Below are positions 13,600 through 28,267 of a stretch of 64,000 nucleotides of DNA, piece by piece. The stretch is from Octopus vulgaris (Eukaryota): the NCBI GenBank assembly GCA_951406725.2, contig OX597838.1, positions 62,001 through 126,000 on the forward strand, written 5' to 3'. A program made the position numbers and the translations under genes. Each line of letters starts with the position of its first letter. Positions within the stretch are counted from its first letter, which is position 1. The notes under the pieces are model-generated. The model did no database searches, was not told where the DNA came from, and worked only from the letters and a program-made list of their open reading frames with translations.

Positions 13600-15065
13600 G
13601 TTCAACTTATGTTCTTCAAACCGGTCGCTGACAAAGCACCAAGACTTTTTAAGTTAAGAGAGTTCTCGGTCTTTGTAAATACGTGGATGAGTTGGTGTGT
13701 TGGTTGAGCAGTCGATGCATACAGTCAAGCGTGTGCATCTATTTGCATAAAAGCGCAGATGGAGAATATTTGGAGCGTCTTACAAAGCTTCACTGGAACG
13801 TCTTACAAAGCTTACGAGGAGATTACATTTGGAGAATCCACATCAGTTCCTTTTGCTCTTTCTTCATGAAACAGAGTATTTCAAGGTTTTTGCTCATATT
13901 TGTTGATACATAACCTAATGCCTATGATGATAGCTACGAGTGAGAATTCATAGTAAGGCTACAAGAGCTGTTAGTTCCGCATTTATTGTCTATAAATGTT
14001 CTTTTTTCCCTGGAATTTTAACTGTATATTCACATCTGCTGGGCAGCTGTCCTCTTCAACAGTGCATGAGTTTTGTTCCCTGTCCCAAAGAACAATATCA
14101 GGTCTGTTATGTTGGCACCGAACTGATGTTTTTATTGGGATTTACCACCAGTATTCTTTGTTCTTAAAGGTGCGAATACCTGCTGGTTCTAACATTCCTT
14201 TGATGTGTACGTTAGCGTAGTCCTTCCTGCGGATAGCATTGTAAATAGTCTATGCAATTATATAATGCTTCAGGAGCAGATAGTATTTCGTATACATTTT
14301 GGTACAGCTGCTGTTATAGCAGAGCCGAGAATTTTCATCACAACTTAGAGGTTTGGTTGTATCTTTATACCTCTTATTTATCAAGCATTTAATATCTTTC
14401 TCCGGTTCCTGGATAACGAAAGCAAATCTTTTTAGGTCGAATGTAATATATCTATCAAAAGACCAAACAAAAAAGACTATTCTTCCTGCTAATACTGGTG
14501 TTATTCTGTAGCTTACAGGATATGAACTCATGCATTGCTTTTTGCTGGAATGATACCTGCTTCTCCTCCATGCTCCTGTATGTTAAGTCAGTTCAGCTTC
14601 CCTTGGTCTGCATGTACCAATTTCTTTCTTTATAGTTCAGCAGGTGTTGTCCGAGCGATACATTGCGACGACATTCAAAGGCTGTTTGGACTGACCTTAT
14701 GCCTCTATCGTCACCACTTTGTCTCACATAAATTCTATCAGTGTCGCTGTTAATGTGGAAGTTGCCAGTAGTGGTCAATACCTTTCTGGTTTTGATGTCC
14801 CGGCTGTGGATCTTGTCAAGTGTCTAGTCTATTATCTTAAATGTTGATACTAGCACTGGTACTGAAAAAGCACTGTGAGCTATGGTCTGGTTAAATGCAG
14901 ACAACTCTGCGTTTTATATTTTCTAGACTTTACAGAAGTACTTTTTTGTTATTCTGGCTTTAGTCACGGCATCAATGTATGCAACATTTTCATCTATTCT
15001 GCGCTACTTGTCACTTTCATCATTAGAGACAAGAGAGATTGACAAACCATTGATGTGCATGTTCT
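13600..15065 (-). mobile_element. R4/Dong-like non-LTR retrotransposon 3' part (RT thumb plus restriction-like endonuclease)
   Basis: DIKTRKVLTTTGNFHINSDTDRIYV..RGI; EYWW..I.TSV...NRPDIVLW..EQ. The 3' UTR is shared with 16845-17745. Confidence 0.75.
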
Positions 15066-15495
15066 CTGTCTGGTCGACAATCTTTCTTTGGTTGATGTAT
15101 GAGTATTTATCTCGCCCCAAATCCTTTCCTAGGTAATTTTTGGTCACATGGATCTCTTTGCTATGGGGATAAGTGGGGTCCATGGAACCATCAGCCAATT
15201 TTGTATATCGAGCTCAGCGCCCATTGATTTTTTTAAAACAACAATGGAGCAGACATTGTTGTCGAGTCTGAAAATAACATACGAAACAAGTCTAGTGCTC
15301 ATGAAGTAGTTATCTCCCCTGTCAGTGTATATAAGTGTGCGTTTATGCAGCTTTAAGTATTTTAACTTATTTCTAGCAATATATGTGCTATTCAGTAGCT
15401 TTATCATAATTAGGGACTATTAAAGTTTTCCTTTATATTGCACTTAGCTGCTTGTATTGAGCTTTAATGTATATATATATATATAATGTATGTGT

Positions 15496-16660
15496 TGTTA
15501 CGAAGGAGAAATAACGTTATTGATCATGCGACTGATTTGAAGCATCATTTTTGCGCGTTTTTGCTGTAAGGTGGGTGATTAAACCGTGAGGGAACGAGTG
15601 ATGTCAGTTGGCAACGAAGACAGCCAGTGTAAAGACGGCGATATGAACAGTCGATGTGAACCCGGGTGATGAAGTATCACATTTCACAAGACATCTAACC
15701 GGGTACGACTACTTCTTCCTCTCTAAACAAATTGGCCTGCGATTTCCCAACTGCTGACTTGGTTGTTGGAGCCTCGTTGGTGTCAGAAGGTCATATTTTG
15801 CAATATTTGGTGTCAAGTGGGACTGTTATTGCTGCGATGAACCAATTATTCGCTATGGCGTCGGAAGGAGTGTACACAAGAGACAGGCAAGAAAGGAAGA
15901 AGTGTCTCTGGCTGCAATCATGAAAATATTTCAAACCCAAAGTGATAGACAGAGTCTAAGGAAGAGCAGAAAGTGCAGCACACACCTCTTCAAGGACAGC
16001 TGGGCACATTCATGAGAAGGATCAACAGCAGCTGCCAGAGGAAGAACAGTACTTCAAGAAGAAGGTACGTGAAGAACTACAACAGCGCAGATATGTGATA
16101 AGTGATGACATTACATGGTGCAAGCAAAATGTAAATGAATAGTTGAACATTTTTAATGAGAGAATCAAGGCTGTAAAAAAAGTTTTGTGTTGTTGAACCT
16201 CAGGCTGATGTGCAGAGAGTGTGCGGAAATGGCCAAACCTCCAGAGGTGCTCTATCAGGAGTGAGTGTGCCTGCTGGTGGTTAGGGGGTAGTTTTGGATA
16301 CTGGACCGAATCATGAGGCTCCAATATTTAGGCCCCTATCCAGCAAAGTGCAATGCTGCAGTAGAGTTCCCATTGAGAAGAAGCCACAAAAAATTGACGG
16401 CAAAGTGTCACGAGAGGCCTACCGTGTCCAATTTGAGATACTGGCTGACCAGAATGGGTGGGGCGATAGACAAAAAGCAGTTCAACTGGCTACTAGTTTA
16501 AAGGGTGCTGCACCAGATGTGTCAGTGGAGGGCAGAAGCCGTTATTCTCCACTAGTTGAAGTGTTACAAAGATATGACACTATGTACCAGAGTGAAGTGT
16601 ACAGGGCACAATTTCGGACCCATGTAAGGGCGAGAGGGGATCCACTAAACCAGTCTGCCC
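15496..16660 (+). mobile_element. Gypsy LTR-retrotransposon 5' fragment: LTR, PBS, gag
   Basis: LTR-like 15496-15805 (TGTTACGAA...TTTGCAATA). PBS TGGTGTCAAGTGGGA at 15808 is similar to a tRNA-Leu complement. gag motif [34 protein letters not shown]. Confidence 0.78.
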
Positions 16661-16693
<33 letters not shown>

Positions 16694-16728
16694 CATGTAT
16701 ATATGTACATATATATATATATACATAT

Positions 16729-16803
<75 letters not shown>

Positions 16804-16844
16804 TATATAGGTATATAATATGTGTGTGTGTGTGTGTATGTATA

Positions 16845-17745
16845 ACATTTGTAACGTATTTAAGTTTTTCCTGGGAGAGTTCAAGCCGGTTGCTAACAAA
16901 GCGACGAGTCTTTTTTAATTAAGAGAGTTCCCAGTGTTTGTAAATATGTGGTTGAGTTGGTGTGTTGGTTGAGCTGTTGACGCACACACTTCCGTGTATG
17001 CATCTCTTCATCTAAATAATCTGGATGGATTATCTTACAAATCTTCACGGTGCTGCTAATAGAATCGTTATGGAGAATCCACATCAGTTTCTCTTACTGT
17101 TTCTTCGAAAAACCTTGTATTTGTAGGTTTTGAGTAAATTTGTTGGTACAAAGCCTAATGCACCTTTGACAATAGATCCAAACGAGAATTCATAGAACTC
17201 AGAGTACAAGAGCTGTAAGTCCCGCATTAATTCACTATAAATTGTCTCCTTTTTTTCTGTACTTTTGATGGTACATTCACATCATCTAAGCAGATACCGC
17301 TACAACAGTGCACGACATTTTGTTCCTTGTACCAAAGAACAATATTAAGTCTGTTATATTTGCATTGAACTGATGTTTTTATCAGGGTGTTCCACCAGTA
17401 TTCTTTGTTTTTAAAGGTGTGAATACCTGCTGGTTCTGACATACCTTTGATGTATACGCCAGGGTTGTCTTTCCTGCCATGTCATGCTTCAGGAACAGTT
17501 AGTTTCTCGTAGATATTTTGGGAGAGTTGCTGATGATGTGGGTGATATCTTCCACACTAGTATAGCAGGGAAGACATTTTCTATTACCATGTGGAGGTTT
17601 GGTGGTATCTTTTCACCTCTTGTTAATCAGGTATTTAGTATATCTCCGGTTCCTGGACAGCGAAGGAAAATTTTTGTAGGTGGGATGTAATGTATTTATC
17701 ATAAGTCCAGGAAAGGCTATTCTTCCGACTAATACTGTTGTTATT
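16845..17745 (-). mobile_element. Second R4/Dong-like 3' fragment
   Basis: EYWWNTLIKTSVQCKYNRLNIVLW...LQLLY...GALGFV. Colinear with 13600-14510. Confidence 0.75.
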
Positions 17746-18124
17746 CTGCAGCTTACACACGCACACATTAGCTTCATACGTACACACATATGTCAAGTCA
17801 CTGTTGTCTCCCTTGTTACCCAAGCCTTCTGCCAAATCCCTCTTTCCGGTCATTTTAGCCGGCTTTAAACCTTTTAACTCAGATACGTTTTTTGTCTCCA
17901 ATTTTTTCATATATGTATGTATGCATGTATGTATTATGTATGTGTGTGCGTGTGTGTGCCTATGCGTGTATGTGCCTATGCGTGTGTGTGTGTGTATATA
18001 TACATACATACATACATACATACATACATACATACATACATACAAAAATACATACATACATACATACATATACTTACACACACACATGTAATACTATATT
18101 ATATTGTATTATATCTATGTGCAG

Positions 18125-18590
18125 ATTTGCGGTTGAAATTCATGGTCAATTAAAGAATAATGACAACGAACTCCAATCTTTACTGACTAAATTTTATGAA
18201 GACGATAAATCTTTTATGATACAATATTCTCAACTACGGAATACCCTGCAATCGTATCAAGCAACGGTTAGTGCAGATCTAGAGGACGCAGAAGCAGCTC
18301 TAGAAATGATGGATATTGGAGCTGAGCATATGGCAATATTCCGTGAAGATTTAATCGAACTGATGGAACTCTTAGCATGTGACAGTATATTGAAAACTGA
18401 CGTTGAAAATAATGATATTAAAGATTTCCCCAAAGATGCTATAATAGATGTTCAAGATAAAATCAATCAGATTCGTGACCGCTCAAAAAACTTACAAAGT
18501 AAAAAACTGAGAAGGCTACCTCAAATTATACAACCCTATGAAAGCATCCACCTGATGACGTCACCTCCCGATCTACCGACTTGGGACTAA
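18125..18590 (+). CDS. ODAD1/CCDC63-like paralogue A, coding exon 2
   Basis: Acceptor tgtgcag|A at 18124/18125 completes an AGA (Arg) codon in frame, giving NFALFR-FAVEIHGQL...PTWD*. The spliced CDS is 1398 nt (465 aa). AATAAA near 18672. Confidence 0.8.
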
Positions 18591-19269
18591 GAGACACGTA
18601 CATGTTCAAACGCTTTCATGTAAACTTAACATTCCAGACACGTTATTATTGAAATTAATCTGAAAGTATTGAATAAATGAGAAATGATGACTTCGGTAAA
18701 ATTTTGAATTCTAATTATTGAAAAATGGATGTAATTCGACATAAAATAGAACAATTTACAAATCTCTCCATTGATATTTATCTGATAATTGGCCAGAACT
18801 TCATTGACTATTGAGTACGGTAAGATCACGAAATAAGTTATTTAGGATGCAAGACGACGAAGTAAGTTATCGAGTTCATCACTCACTAACAATTTAGTTC
18901 TTACATTTAAACATATTTCAATTCCTAACATTTGTTAACTTTATATTTAGCAAATGAGATGATTATGCAAATAAGAAAAGAAACAATTTAATTTTGCCAC
19001 ACAATAAAAAATTTAACTTTAAGTAAATTTCGAAAACAAATTGTTTATGAAGCACTTGAGACATCGCAGTAATTAAGACATAACTGGCGCTGGAAAGTAA
19101 ATAGATTAGTTTTGTACAGGCTGAGCCACATACCCCACCAATGACATAAAATAGGATACAATATGTTATTTAAATAAAAACAAGTCCCACGATTAGCATC
19201 AGGCATTGCTACGTCGTTAAAAAAAAAACTACTTCTGTGAAATCATATATTGAAGCCAAAGTATAGCCA

Positions 19270-20400
19270 TCACTACTAAACTAAATCTACTTCTTGCGCG
19301 TTATTTTATTGCTCAAGACTGGCAAATTCTAACACTACAGAAATCCCAATGGACAAACTGTACATAAACGGAGTAATTCGAATCGCCTACCACTTATTAT
19401 TTAGAATTCGGTTGAAGAACCTCCAAGCTATCATCTGGCAGAAATATAAAGATTCACACCACTACTACGTGGCGTTTGCGAAGTGTGTATTTAGTGAGAA
19501 ATAACTGTATGTGGATGATACGCCATTCCAACTCCGAAAAGAATTGAGTTGAGGAAAATAACTAGTGCACTTATCCATTCAACCAAGATATCACTCCCTA
19601 TGTAGCAAAAAAAGTTTATGCCTTTTATTTTAATTTTAATTTTGTGCAACATCTCCTAAGCATATAAATAAGAAGCGTGTAATGTATAAAATGTTAAGGT
19701 AAGTTACCTTTGCCTAAACAACATTGCTTCCAGCATTACGAAATAGAAAAAAAAGAACCAAAAGTAAAGGAAAGAGGATGAGAATGGGACAAGTGGGAGG
19801 GGTTAGGAGCCATAGTGGTAAGAATAGATGAAAGGCATATTGGAAATATCACCCTAAAAAGAGACTAGCTTGTAGGCAACTAAAATCTAACTAGTATTAT
19901 AAGTAACAGTATATTGAAAGAACGCATTACAAAATATATATTGCAATATAAAAAGATTATCAACATCATTCTTAGCCAAAAATTATAGCCAAAACAGTAT
20001 TCTATAACTAAAGGTTGATAGTGGCAAAAAAACGTTTTACCGTCTAGTATTAGTATTACATATATCTTGTTTAGAGATTTTCGAACTAGCTATTTTGCAC
20101 GTTACAAGATCAGCAGACGTCTGCCGCTTTTCTGTTTTTATATTATGACTAGGGACGATTGACTGCCGTCTCTAGCAGGCAGGTGTCCAGTACCGATGAA
20201 GAGTAAAGACCCAGAAACCATGGTCTACGCATCTTACCAAGCTGGAGGGGAGTGATTCGCCCCTTTACTCACAATATACCGGACACAAGTTGTGTGTCGT
20301 TAACCAGCTGAAAAAGACGTTTTCCTGGAATTAAAATGTCGCAACATAGTTCTTTATAGAACAGCCATGTTATAGTGGCTAAAAACTATATATGAATGCA
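19270..20400 (+). pseudogene. Possible highly decayed PLE (RT remnant plus hammerhead and tail)
   Basis: IPM-like (near 19342) and YVDD (near 19508) traces upstream of the 20190 motif. The tail hairpins resemble those at 22400-22500 and 45441-45589. Confidence 0.35.
20190..20228 (+). ncRNA. Degenerate minimal hammerhead motif
   Basis: GUA-CCGAUGA-...-GAAA-CCAUGG-UC-UAC. Stem II is decayed. Confidence 0.5.
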
Positions 20401-20432
20401 GTATATATGTATAGAAATATATGAATGACATG

Positions 20433-20501
<69 letters not shown>

Positions 20502-20502
20502 A

Positions 20503-20790
20503 GTAGATAAATGAATTATCTTATTACGGAAAATTCGAAAGATAACCGATACCTGGGTAGCAAACTCACAACAGAAAGAACACGGTTGAAGTTACGACCA
20601 TAGGGCTTATACTCCGTGCCTTAGTGCGGAAATTTGAGGTTTAATTTAATATAATAAGTATAGGAAAGAATGGAGCTGAGCGAAGATTTAACAAAATTCC
20701 TTTATTTTATTTTGCAGACTTCGAAACATATGTCGAAAATAAAATAAAGGAATTTTGTTAAATCTTCGCTCAGCTCCATTCTTTCCTATA

Positions 20791-20796
<6 letters not shown>
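20503..20796 (-). mobile_element. Short fold-back derivative of the same family as the 57758 PLE
   Basis: Reverse complement matches 61330-61540. Inverted arms about 20653-20714 and 20735-20795 surround a half-hammerhead CGAAACATATGTC. (TA)n on both sides. Confidence 0.85.
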
Positions 20797-20858
<62 letters not shown>

Positions 20859-21297
20859 TGAGAATGTGTGTGTCTGTCTGTCTGTCTGTGTGAATCCCTA
20901 AAACTTGAGAACTACACAACCACTTTCATTCAAATTTTACACATGCCTTACTTAGGGTCCATGTAGTGTCATGGGCGAAAAAATTTTTAACTTCTTGCCT
21001 AGGGCGAGCCCACAGCAATATCATATCTTCTCCACTATTTCAGTATTACGTGTTAAAAGTGAAACAAAAACATCTCTCTATAGTAATGTCAGATACTGTC
21101 ACTTTAATACTGAAAATATTAAAGTGAAACTATTATATAACAGGGATGAACCATTAACAGTGGACATCCATTTTGCTAGAAGAAGATCCGCTATGGTCAT
21201 ATACGCCTCACCACTGGTTTTCAATTCATATTAATCAAATTAATATTAAATTTTTCACATTTATTATTTAAAAAATTATATTTACATGTATATAAAC

Positions 21298-21343
<46 letters not shown>

Positions 21344-21706
21344 TGTATATATATATATATATATATAATTATGGATGTATATATATATACATATGTATAT
21401 ATGTATATATGGATGTATATTTATATATATATATACATGTATATATATAGATGTATATGTATACATGTATATGTATAGCTGTATATGTATACATGTATAT
21501 GTATAGCTGCATATGTATACATGTATATGTATAGCTGTATATATATACATGTATATGCCTAGATGTATATGTATACATGTATGTGTAGATGTATATATAG
21601 ATGTACATGTAATATGTACACATATATATAGACATATATACATACATACATATATAAACACATACACACACACACCCATCTACACCCACATACACACACA
21701 CATATA

Positions 21707-22037
21707 GGTGCAGGTATGGCTGTGTGGTAACAAACTTGGTTCCAAAACACATGGTCCTCAGTTCAGTCCCACTGTGTGTTAACTTGGCATGTGTCTTCTG
21801 CTATAGCCTCAGGCCAACCAAAGCCTTGTCAGTGGATTTTGTAGACAGAAACTGAAAGAAATCAATTGTATATTTATGTATGTATATATGTAAGTCTATG
21901 TGTGTCTCTTTGTGTTTCTCCATCATCACTGCTTCACAACTGGTGTTCGTTTATTTACATCCCCATAACTTACTGGTTTCACAAGAAGAAACTGATAGAA
22001 TAAGTACCAGGCTTATCAACACAAAAAAAGCACTAGG
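21707..22037 (+). mobile_element. tRNA-derived SINE, second family
   Basis: Box A/B-like TGGCTGTGTGGT..GTTCAGTCCC. Near-identical copy at 28268-28554. Confidence 0.75.
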
Positions 22038-22144
22038 CTGTGTCTCATATTTTTGTTTACCCGCTCAGTCGTATCTATAAATTTATCTTTGTGTGTGTGC
22101 GTGTATACATACATACATACATGCATATATATACATATATATAT

Positions 22145-22177
<33 letters not shown>

Positions 22178-22229
22178 CATATATATATACACATATATAT
22201 ATACACATATATATATATATATATACACA

Positions 22230-22261
<32 letters not shown>

Positions 22262-22552
22262 CACACACATATATATATATATACACACATATATATATAC
22301 ACACATATATATATATACACATATATATATATATATATGTACACATATATATATACATATATATATATATATACATATATATATATCGTAACGTATTTTT
22401 GCCATTTCAATATGGCTAACCCCTAAGGGTGGATGCTACTGTAGTTTTTAGCCCCAGGAGGACACACTCCTCCAGCTGGCCATAGACACACTTTCTGTGT
22501 CCTGTCAGTATTTGCAAAGGGAAGTCATCCTTCCCGTCTTCAACTTATGATA

Positions 22553-22597
22553 CACACGGACTCGAGTTTCGAGGTATTGACCTCTCGTCAGCGTGTG
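22553..22597 (-). ncRNA. Minimal type I hammerhead ribozyme
   Basis: Minus strand: CACACG-CUGACGA-GAGGU(CAAU)ACCUC-GAAA-CUCGAG-UC-CGUGUG. Stems I and II perfectly paired; palindromic stem III. Confidence 0.92.
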
Positions 22598-22647
22598 ACA
22601 ATCATAGTTGTCGGCGAGAATTAGATTTCCTTCACAAATACTTATAC

Positions 22648-22697
<50 letters not shown>

Positions 22698-23059
22698 ATT
22701 TCGTAGACAGGAACTGAAACAAATCAATCGTATATATATATATATATGTAACCATTAACAGTGGACATCCATTTTGCTAGAAGAAGATCCGCTATGGTCT
22801 TATATGCTACACCACTGGTTTTCAATTCATATTAATCAAATTAATATTCAATTATTCACCCTTGTTATTTTTAATTTAAATTTACAAGTATATATATAAT
22901 ACTAGCACTATGACCCGTCGTTGCCGGGTCATAGTGCTAGTGCATGTATATATGTGTATATATATGTGTACATATTACATGTACATCTATATATATACAT
23001 GTACACATAAAATACAAAATACAAAGTTATATCTTGTTATCACTAGTGATAACAATACT

Positions 23060-23900
23060 CAAAATATATAACAGACTGGAATTGTAGGCCCGTGTCTTGC
23101 AATTTCGATCAATTGGATCTTGTCCTCCCTCTTGTATAGAAGTGTGGCTACAATCCAGCCTACCTCTACTTCTGGGGGGACATTTTTAATTTTTATCCGG
23201 GACGTCTACGTCCCAGATATAAAGGTAAAAATAAAATATTTCCACTTTGCAAGGTTCGAGTCGAGTACTCCCTTGCACGCTCCGTTGACTCGAACCTTGC
23301 TTCTATTGTGGCGAATTTACCGCCTCTGGTTAGATATCTTTCATAGTCGCACCAAGACACTTTTCGATAGTGCTTTCCTCCAGGTGTTCCAATCTTTTTT
23401 TCTCTATATTGTATACTTTATAGACAATAGTCTTTTCTTTAATCTAATTTTTTATTTCGTTTGGTGGTGTTATCCTAGATTCACCGTCTTTGTCGGTGAT
23501 CAATCCGTATTTCTTCCATTTTAATTTCAATGAGTTTGCGCCCGCCGACGGCTGCAGCGAAATTCATTTTTGGATTTTCTTCTATCGAAGGCATTCTAAC
23601 AAAAATGCTTCCGTGTAAAAGGTGAAAATATTGTCGATTTCCCCAAACAGGGACACAATTCAATTTTTAAACAATAACCAAAGCTCCTTCTCCCAAAGGG
23701 GGAGGGTTACAGTTTACAATTATTTAACAAATGCAACACAACAATGTTTCTTTACGAGGAACCAACAAACGTGATAACAATAGTTAAACAGTAATAATAA
23801 TAACAACAAACCTTACGATGAGTCAGAAAGCAGTAAGCAGTTGAAGCTTTAATCCTTTATGTATAAGAAATAAACCAACACCAGTACTCTGTAGGAGCGG
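23060..23900 (-). mobile_element. Tx1-like LINE ORF1 / 5' fragment
   Basis: PPEVEVGWIVATLLYKREDKIQLIEI is homologous to PEIDVAWLIDAIVLGLEDKITILQA near 4375-4450 (-). Confidence 0.55.
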
Positions 23901-24199
23901 CTGTTCGAGAAAACAGATATTACATACAGCCAAATTTCATATAGATACTTAATGCTAGCTAATTAGCAGATATTCTAATGTAAAAGCACAACTTCATCTG
24001 GACTATTCCATTTCTGCATGCTAATTTTATTTTTTATTTATTCCCATTCATGTGAAACCACTTATTCAAGTTCAAGTCATTGATGCAATTTTATATCAAT
24101 TGCTATTTTTACTTTTGTTATGTTACGATTATATTATACTTTAGTTTGATTTTAATTATTACTTACTACATATAATTCAATTGTTATTATTATTTTTAT

Positions 24200-24589
24200 T
24201 GTTAAAGTGAAATTATCTGACATAAAATAGAGAAATGTTTTTGTTTCACTTTTAACACGTAATACTGAAATAGTGGAGAAGATATGATATTGCTATGGGC
24301 TCGCTCTAGGCAAGAAGTTGAACATTTTTTTGCCCATGAAACTACATGGAATCTAAGTAAGGCATGTGTAAAATTTGAATGAAAGTGGTTGTGTAATTCT
24401 CAAGTTTTAGGGAATCGTAGTGGAGAAAATATGATATTGCTGTGGGCTCGCCCTAGGCAAAAAGTTAAAAATTTTCTTTGCCGATGACACTCCCCGGACC
24501 CTAAGTAAGGCATGTGTAAAATTTGAATGAAATTGGTTGTGTAGGGAAGCACACAGACAGACACACATTCTCAGTTTTATATATAGAGA
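24200..24589 (-). mobile_element. Same Helitron family, 5' portion, inverted
   Basis: Reverse complement of 20851-21110 with a 5' TC at 24589 and an internal ~125-bp tandem duplication. Confidence 0.75.
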
Positions 24590-24734
24590 TATATGTATAT
24601 ATATGGATGTATAACTGTATATATACATGTATATATATGGATGTATATATATGTATATATACATGTATATATATGGATGCATATATGTATATATATATGG
24701 ATGTATATATGTATATATACATGTATATATATGA

Positions 24735-24799
<65 letters not shown>

Positions 24800-24839
24800 T
24801 ATATTTATAGATGTATATGCATATATGTATGTGTAGATC

Positions 24840-25580
<741 letters not shown>

Positions 25581-25608
25581 GAGAAAGAAGCAACAAGAAT
25601 GGATTAGT

Positions 25609-25699
25609 TTTTAGTACAATTGTTTCATACAAAGACAGGCTTTATTACAAGTTGCAAAAATTGCAGCAGATAAAGGTGTCCCGTACTCATCAGCTAAAA
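25609..25699 (-). ncRNA. Type I hammerhead ribozyme, long stem II
   Basis: Minus strand: UUUUAG-CUGAUGA-GUACGGGACA...UGUCUUUGUAU-GAAA-CAAUUG-UA-CUAAAA, inside a ~170-bp unit flanked by (TA)n. Confidence 0.82.
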
Positions 25700-25744
25700 T
25701 ACATATGAGTTCTCTAGACATCTTAGTGGGTGAGGTTATACTTA

Positions 25745-25806
<62 letters not shown>

Positions 25807-26959
25807 TAATCCAAACAAGAAAACACAGAAAAAAAGAGAAAAAAAAGAGAAAAAAACACAGCAACGCAGGACGTGGAACAATTAAAGTATTATTGACGCT
25901 CAGGAAAGAAGGGAAGGAGGGTTTAACGTTTCGAGCGGAGCTCTTCGTTGGAAACAAGGAGAAGGAAAGATCCCAAGGAGGGAAGACAGAGGAGAAAATA
26001 TTTGAGCTGGTGGTGCTTAAGAGATCACATATTGAAAGAACGGAATTTGAAGGTAGTTGAAATATGGTTTTATAATGCAAGAGAGTTCCAAAAAAAGGGA
26101 ATGCCTGTGTGTGTGTGTGTGTGTGTGCAAGATGACAAGTATGTTTGTGCGTGCGTGTGTGTGTGTGTGTGTGTATTTTTGGTGAATAAAGACAATGACA
26201 AAGCCAGCTGTCGTGATGACAACTGGCTGTTTGTGTCAAGCCAGGTCAAGCCGGGTCAAAAAAAACAAAGGCTATATGTATCATGCGTGTGTGTTGTCTG
26301 TAGTGTGTGTGTGTGTGTGCATGTGTGTGTTCGTGTGTGTATGCGTAGAGTGTGGGTGTGTGGCGAGAAACTGTTTAACCTAGTAAACTTGTATGTGCGT
26401 GTGTGTGTGTAGGGATGTATATGTGGGTTCATTTGTGTGAGAGTGTATGTATGTACGTGTATGTGTGTGCGTGTATGTGTGCGTTTGTATGCGTGCGTTT
26501 GTATGTGTTTGTGTGTATGTGTGCGTGCGCGGATAGGTGTATATTGTGCATGTATATCTGTCGGTGTGTATGTGAGTTTGTGTGTGTTTGTACGTGTATA
26601 TGTGTGTGTGAGTGTATAGTATATATATATGTAAATGTGTGTGTGTGTGTGTGTGTGCGTGTGTGTGTACGTGCGTGCGAGTGAATGTATGTATATATTT
26701 TGGAACCAAGTGTGTTACCACACAGCCACACCTGAAACTATGTGTGTGTATGTATGTGTGTGGGTGTGTGTGGGTGTATATGGGTTTATATATGTATGCA
26801 TGTCTATATATGTAGATATATGTGTACATATTACATGTACATCTATCTATCTCTCTCTATATATATACTCATACATGTATGCATATACATCTATACATAT
26901 ACATGTATACATATACATCTATATATATACATGTATATATACATCTATATATAAACATG

Positions 26960-26990
<31 letters not shown>

Positions 26991-28267
26991 CTGTCGGTAT
27001 GTATGTGGGTTTGTGTGTGTTTGTACGTGTGTGTGTGTGTGTGAGTGTATAGTATATATATATGTAAATGTGTGCGTGTGTGTGCGTGTGTGTGTACGTG
27101 CGTGCGAGTGAATGTATGTATATATATACATGTATATATATATATATATATATGTTAATAAAATAGAACATATGCATATATATAAACATATATGTACGTA
27201 CCTACCTCTACATGTACATATACACGCATATATGTGTACAGGACACCAAAAAGACGTCGAACACATAGAGAGACGAAAAACATAGACACAAACCAAGGAA
27301 CAGGACAAGCAAAAAAGAAAAAAAGAGATACAGGACAATAAGCACAACGAAAAATCCCCTTCTTCAGTCGCTAAGGTTTCATCTACTCTACGTTTCGAAG
27401 GATAAAAGCGAGACGTATACTTCGAAGAAACTTCCTTCCTGCGAAAAGCAAATCAATTAAAATTCTGAGATCTTTTCGCAGAGGGGTAAAAAATGGTAAA
27501 AAAAGCAAGACGGTAACAACAGTACAAACATATAAACAGTAAAAAAAAAATTATATATAAACAGTTGAAAAATAAATATATAACAGTGAGAGACAGGACA
27601 AGGAGAACAAGATAAGAAGGGCTGTTTACGCCAGACGAAAAAAGTAATGCAAACGCTGGATTATAGTGGACGACGAGAGAGAAAGAATGTCGACCAGTGG
27701 CCTTAGAAGGCGGGCGAGAAAAGACAGGATAGCAGTTACGACGGAAGTATCGTCGCAGATGGACGACGGGAATGGGGGAGGAGGAGCAAGAGGAAGAGAG
27801 AGAAGAAGGGGAATGGTGCGAGGAGACCATGAAGAATGGTGAGGGGGAGAGAGAGAATGAAGAATGAGAGAGAGAGGAAGAGACAAGTTAAGTGAGGGAA
27901 AAGGGACGAAAAAGGGAATGGGAGAGAAAGAAAGAAAGATGCAGAGTCGCGTGAGAGTTAATATCAAGGCTAACTTGATAAACAGAACAATCTTACTTAA
28001 TAGGGTGCGTGCGTTTAGTCGTATAATATGTTATATATATACATGTTTATATATAGATGTATATATACATGTATATATATAGATGTATATGTATACATGT
28101 ATATGTATAGATGTATATGCATACATGTATGAGTATATATATATAGAGAGAGAGATAGATAGATGTACATGTAATATGTACACATATATCTACACATATA
28201 GACATGCATACATATATAAACCCATATACACCCACACACACCCACACACATACATACACACACATAG

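Larger units (their letters stand above)
20851..22940 (+). mobile_element. Non-autonomous Helitron-like element with internal duplication and cargo
   Basis: 5' TATAAAACTGAGAATGTGTG; ~150-bp direct repeat at 21149-21297 and 22750-22898; palindromic CTAG hairpin end at 22902-22940. Confidence 0.65.

Noticed and set aside
27340-27490. CTGAAGA and GAAACGTA fragments on the minus strand as a hammerhead
   Set aside because: The core elements cannot be assembled in the right order with paired stems.
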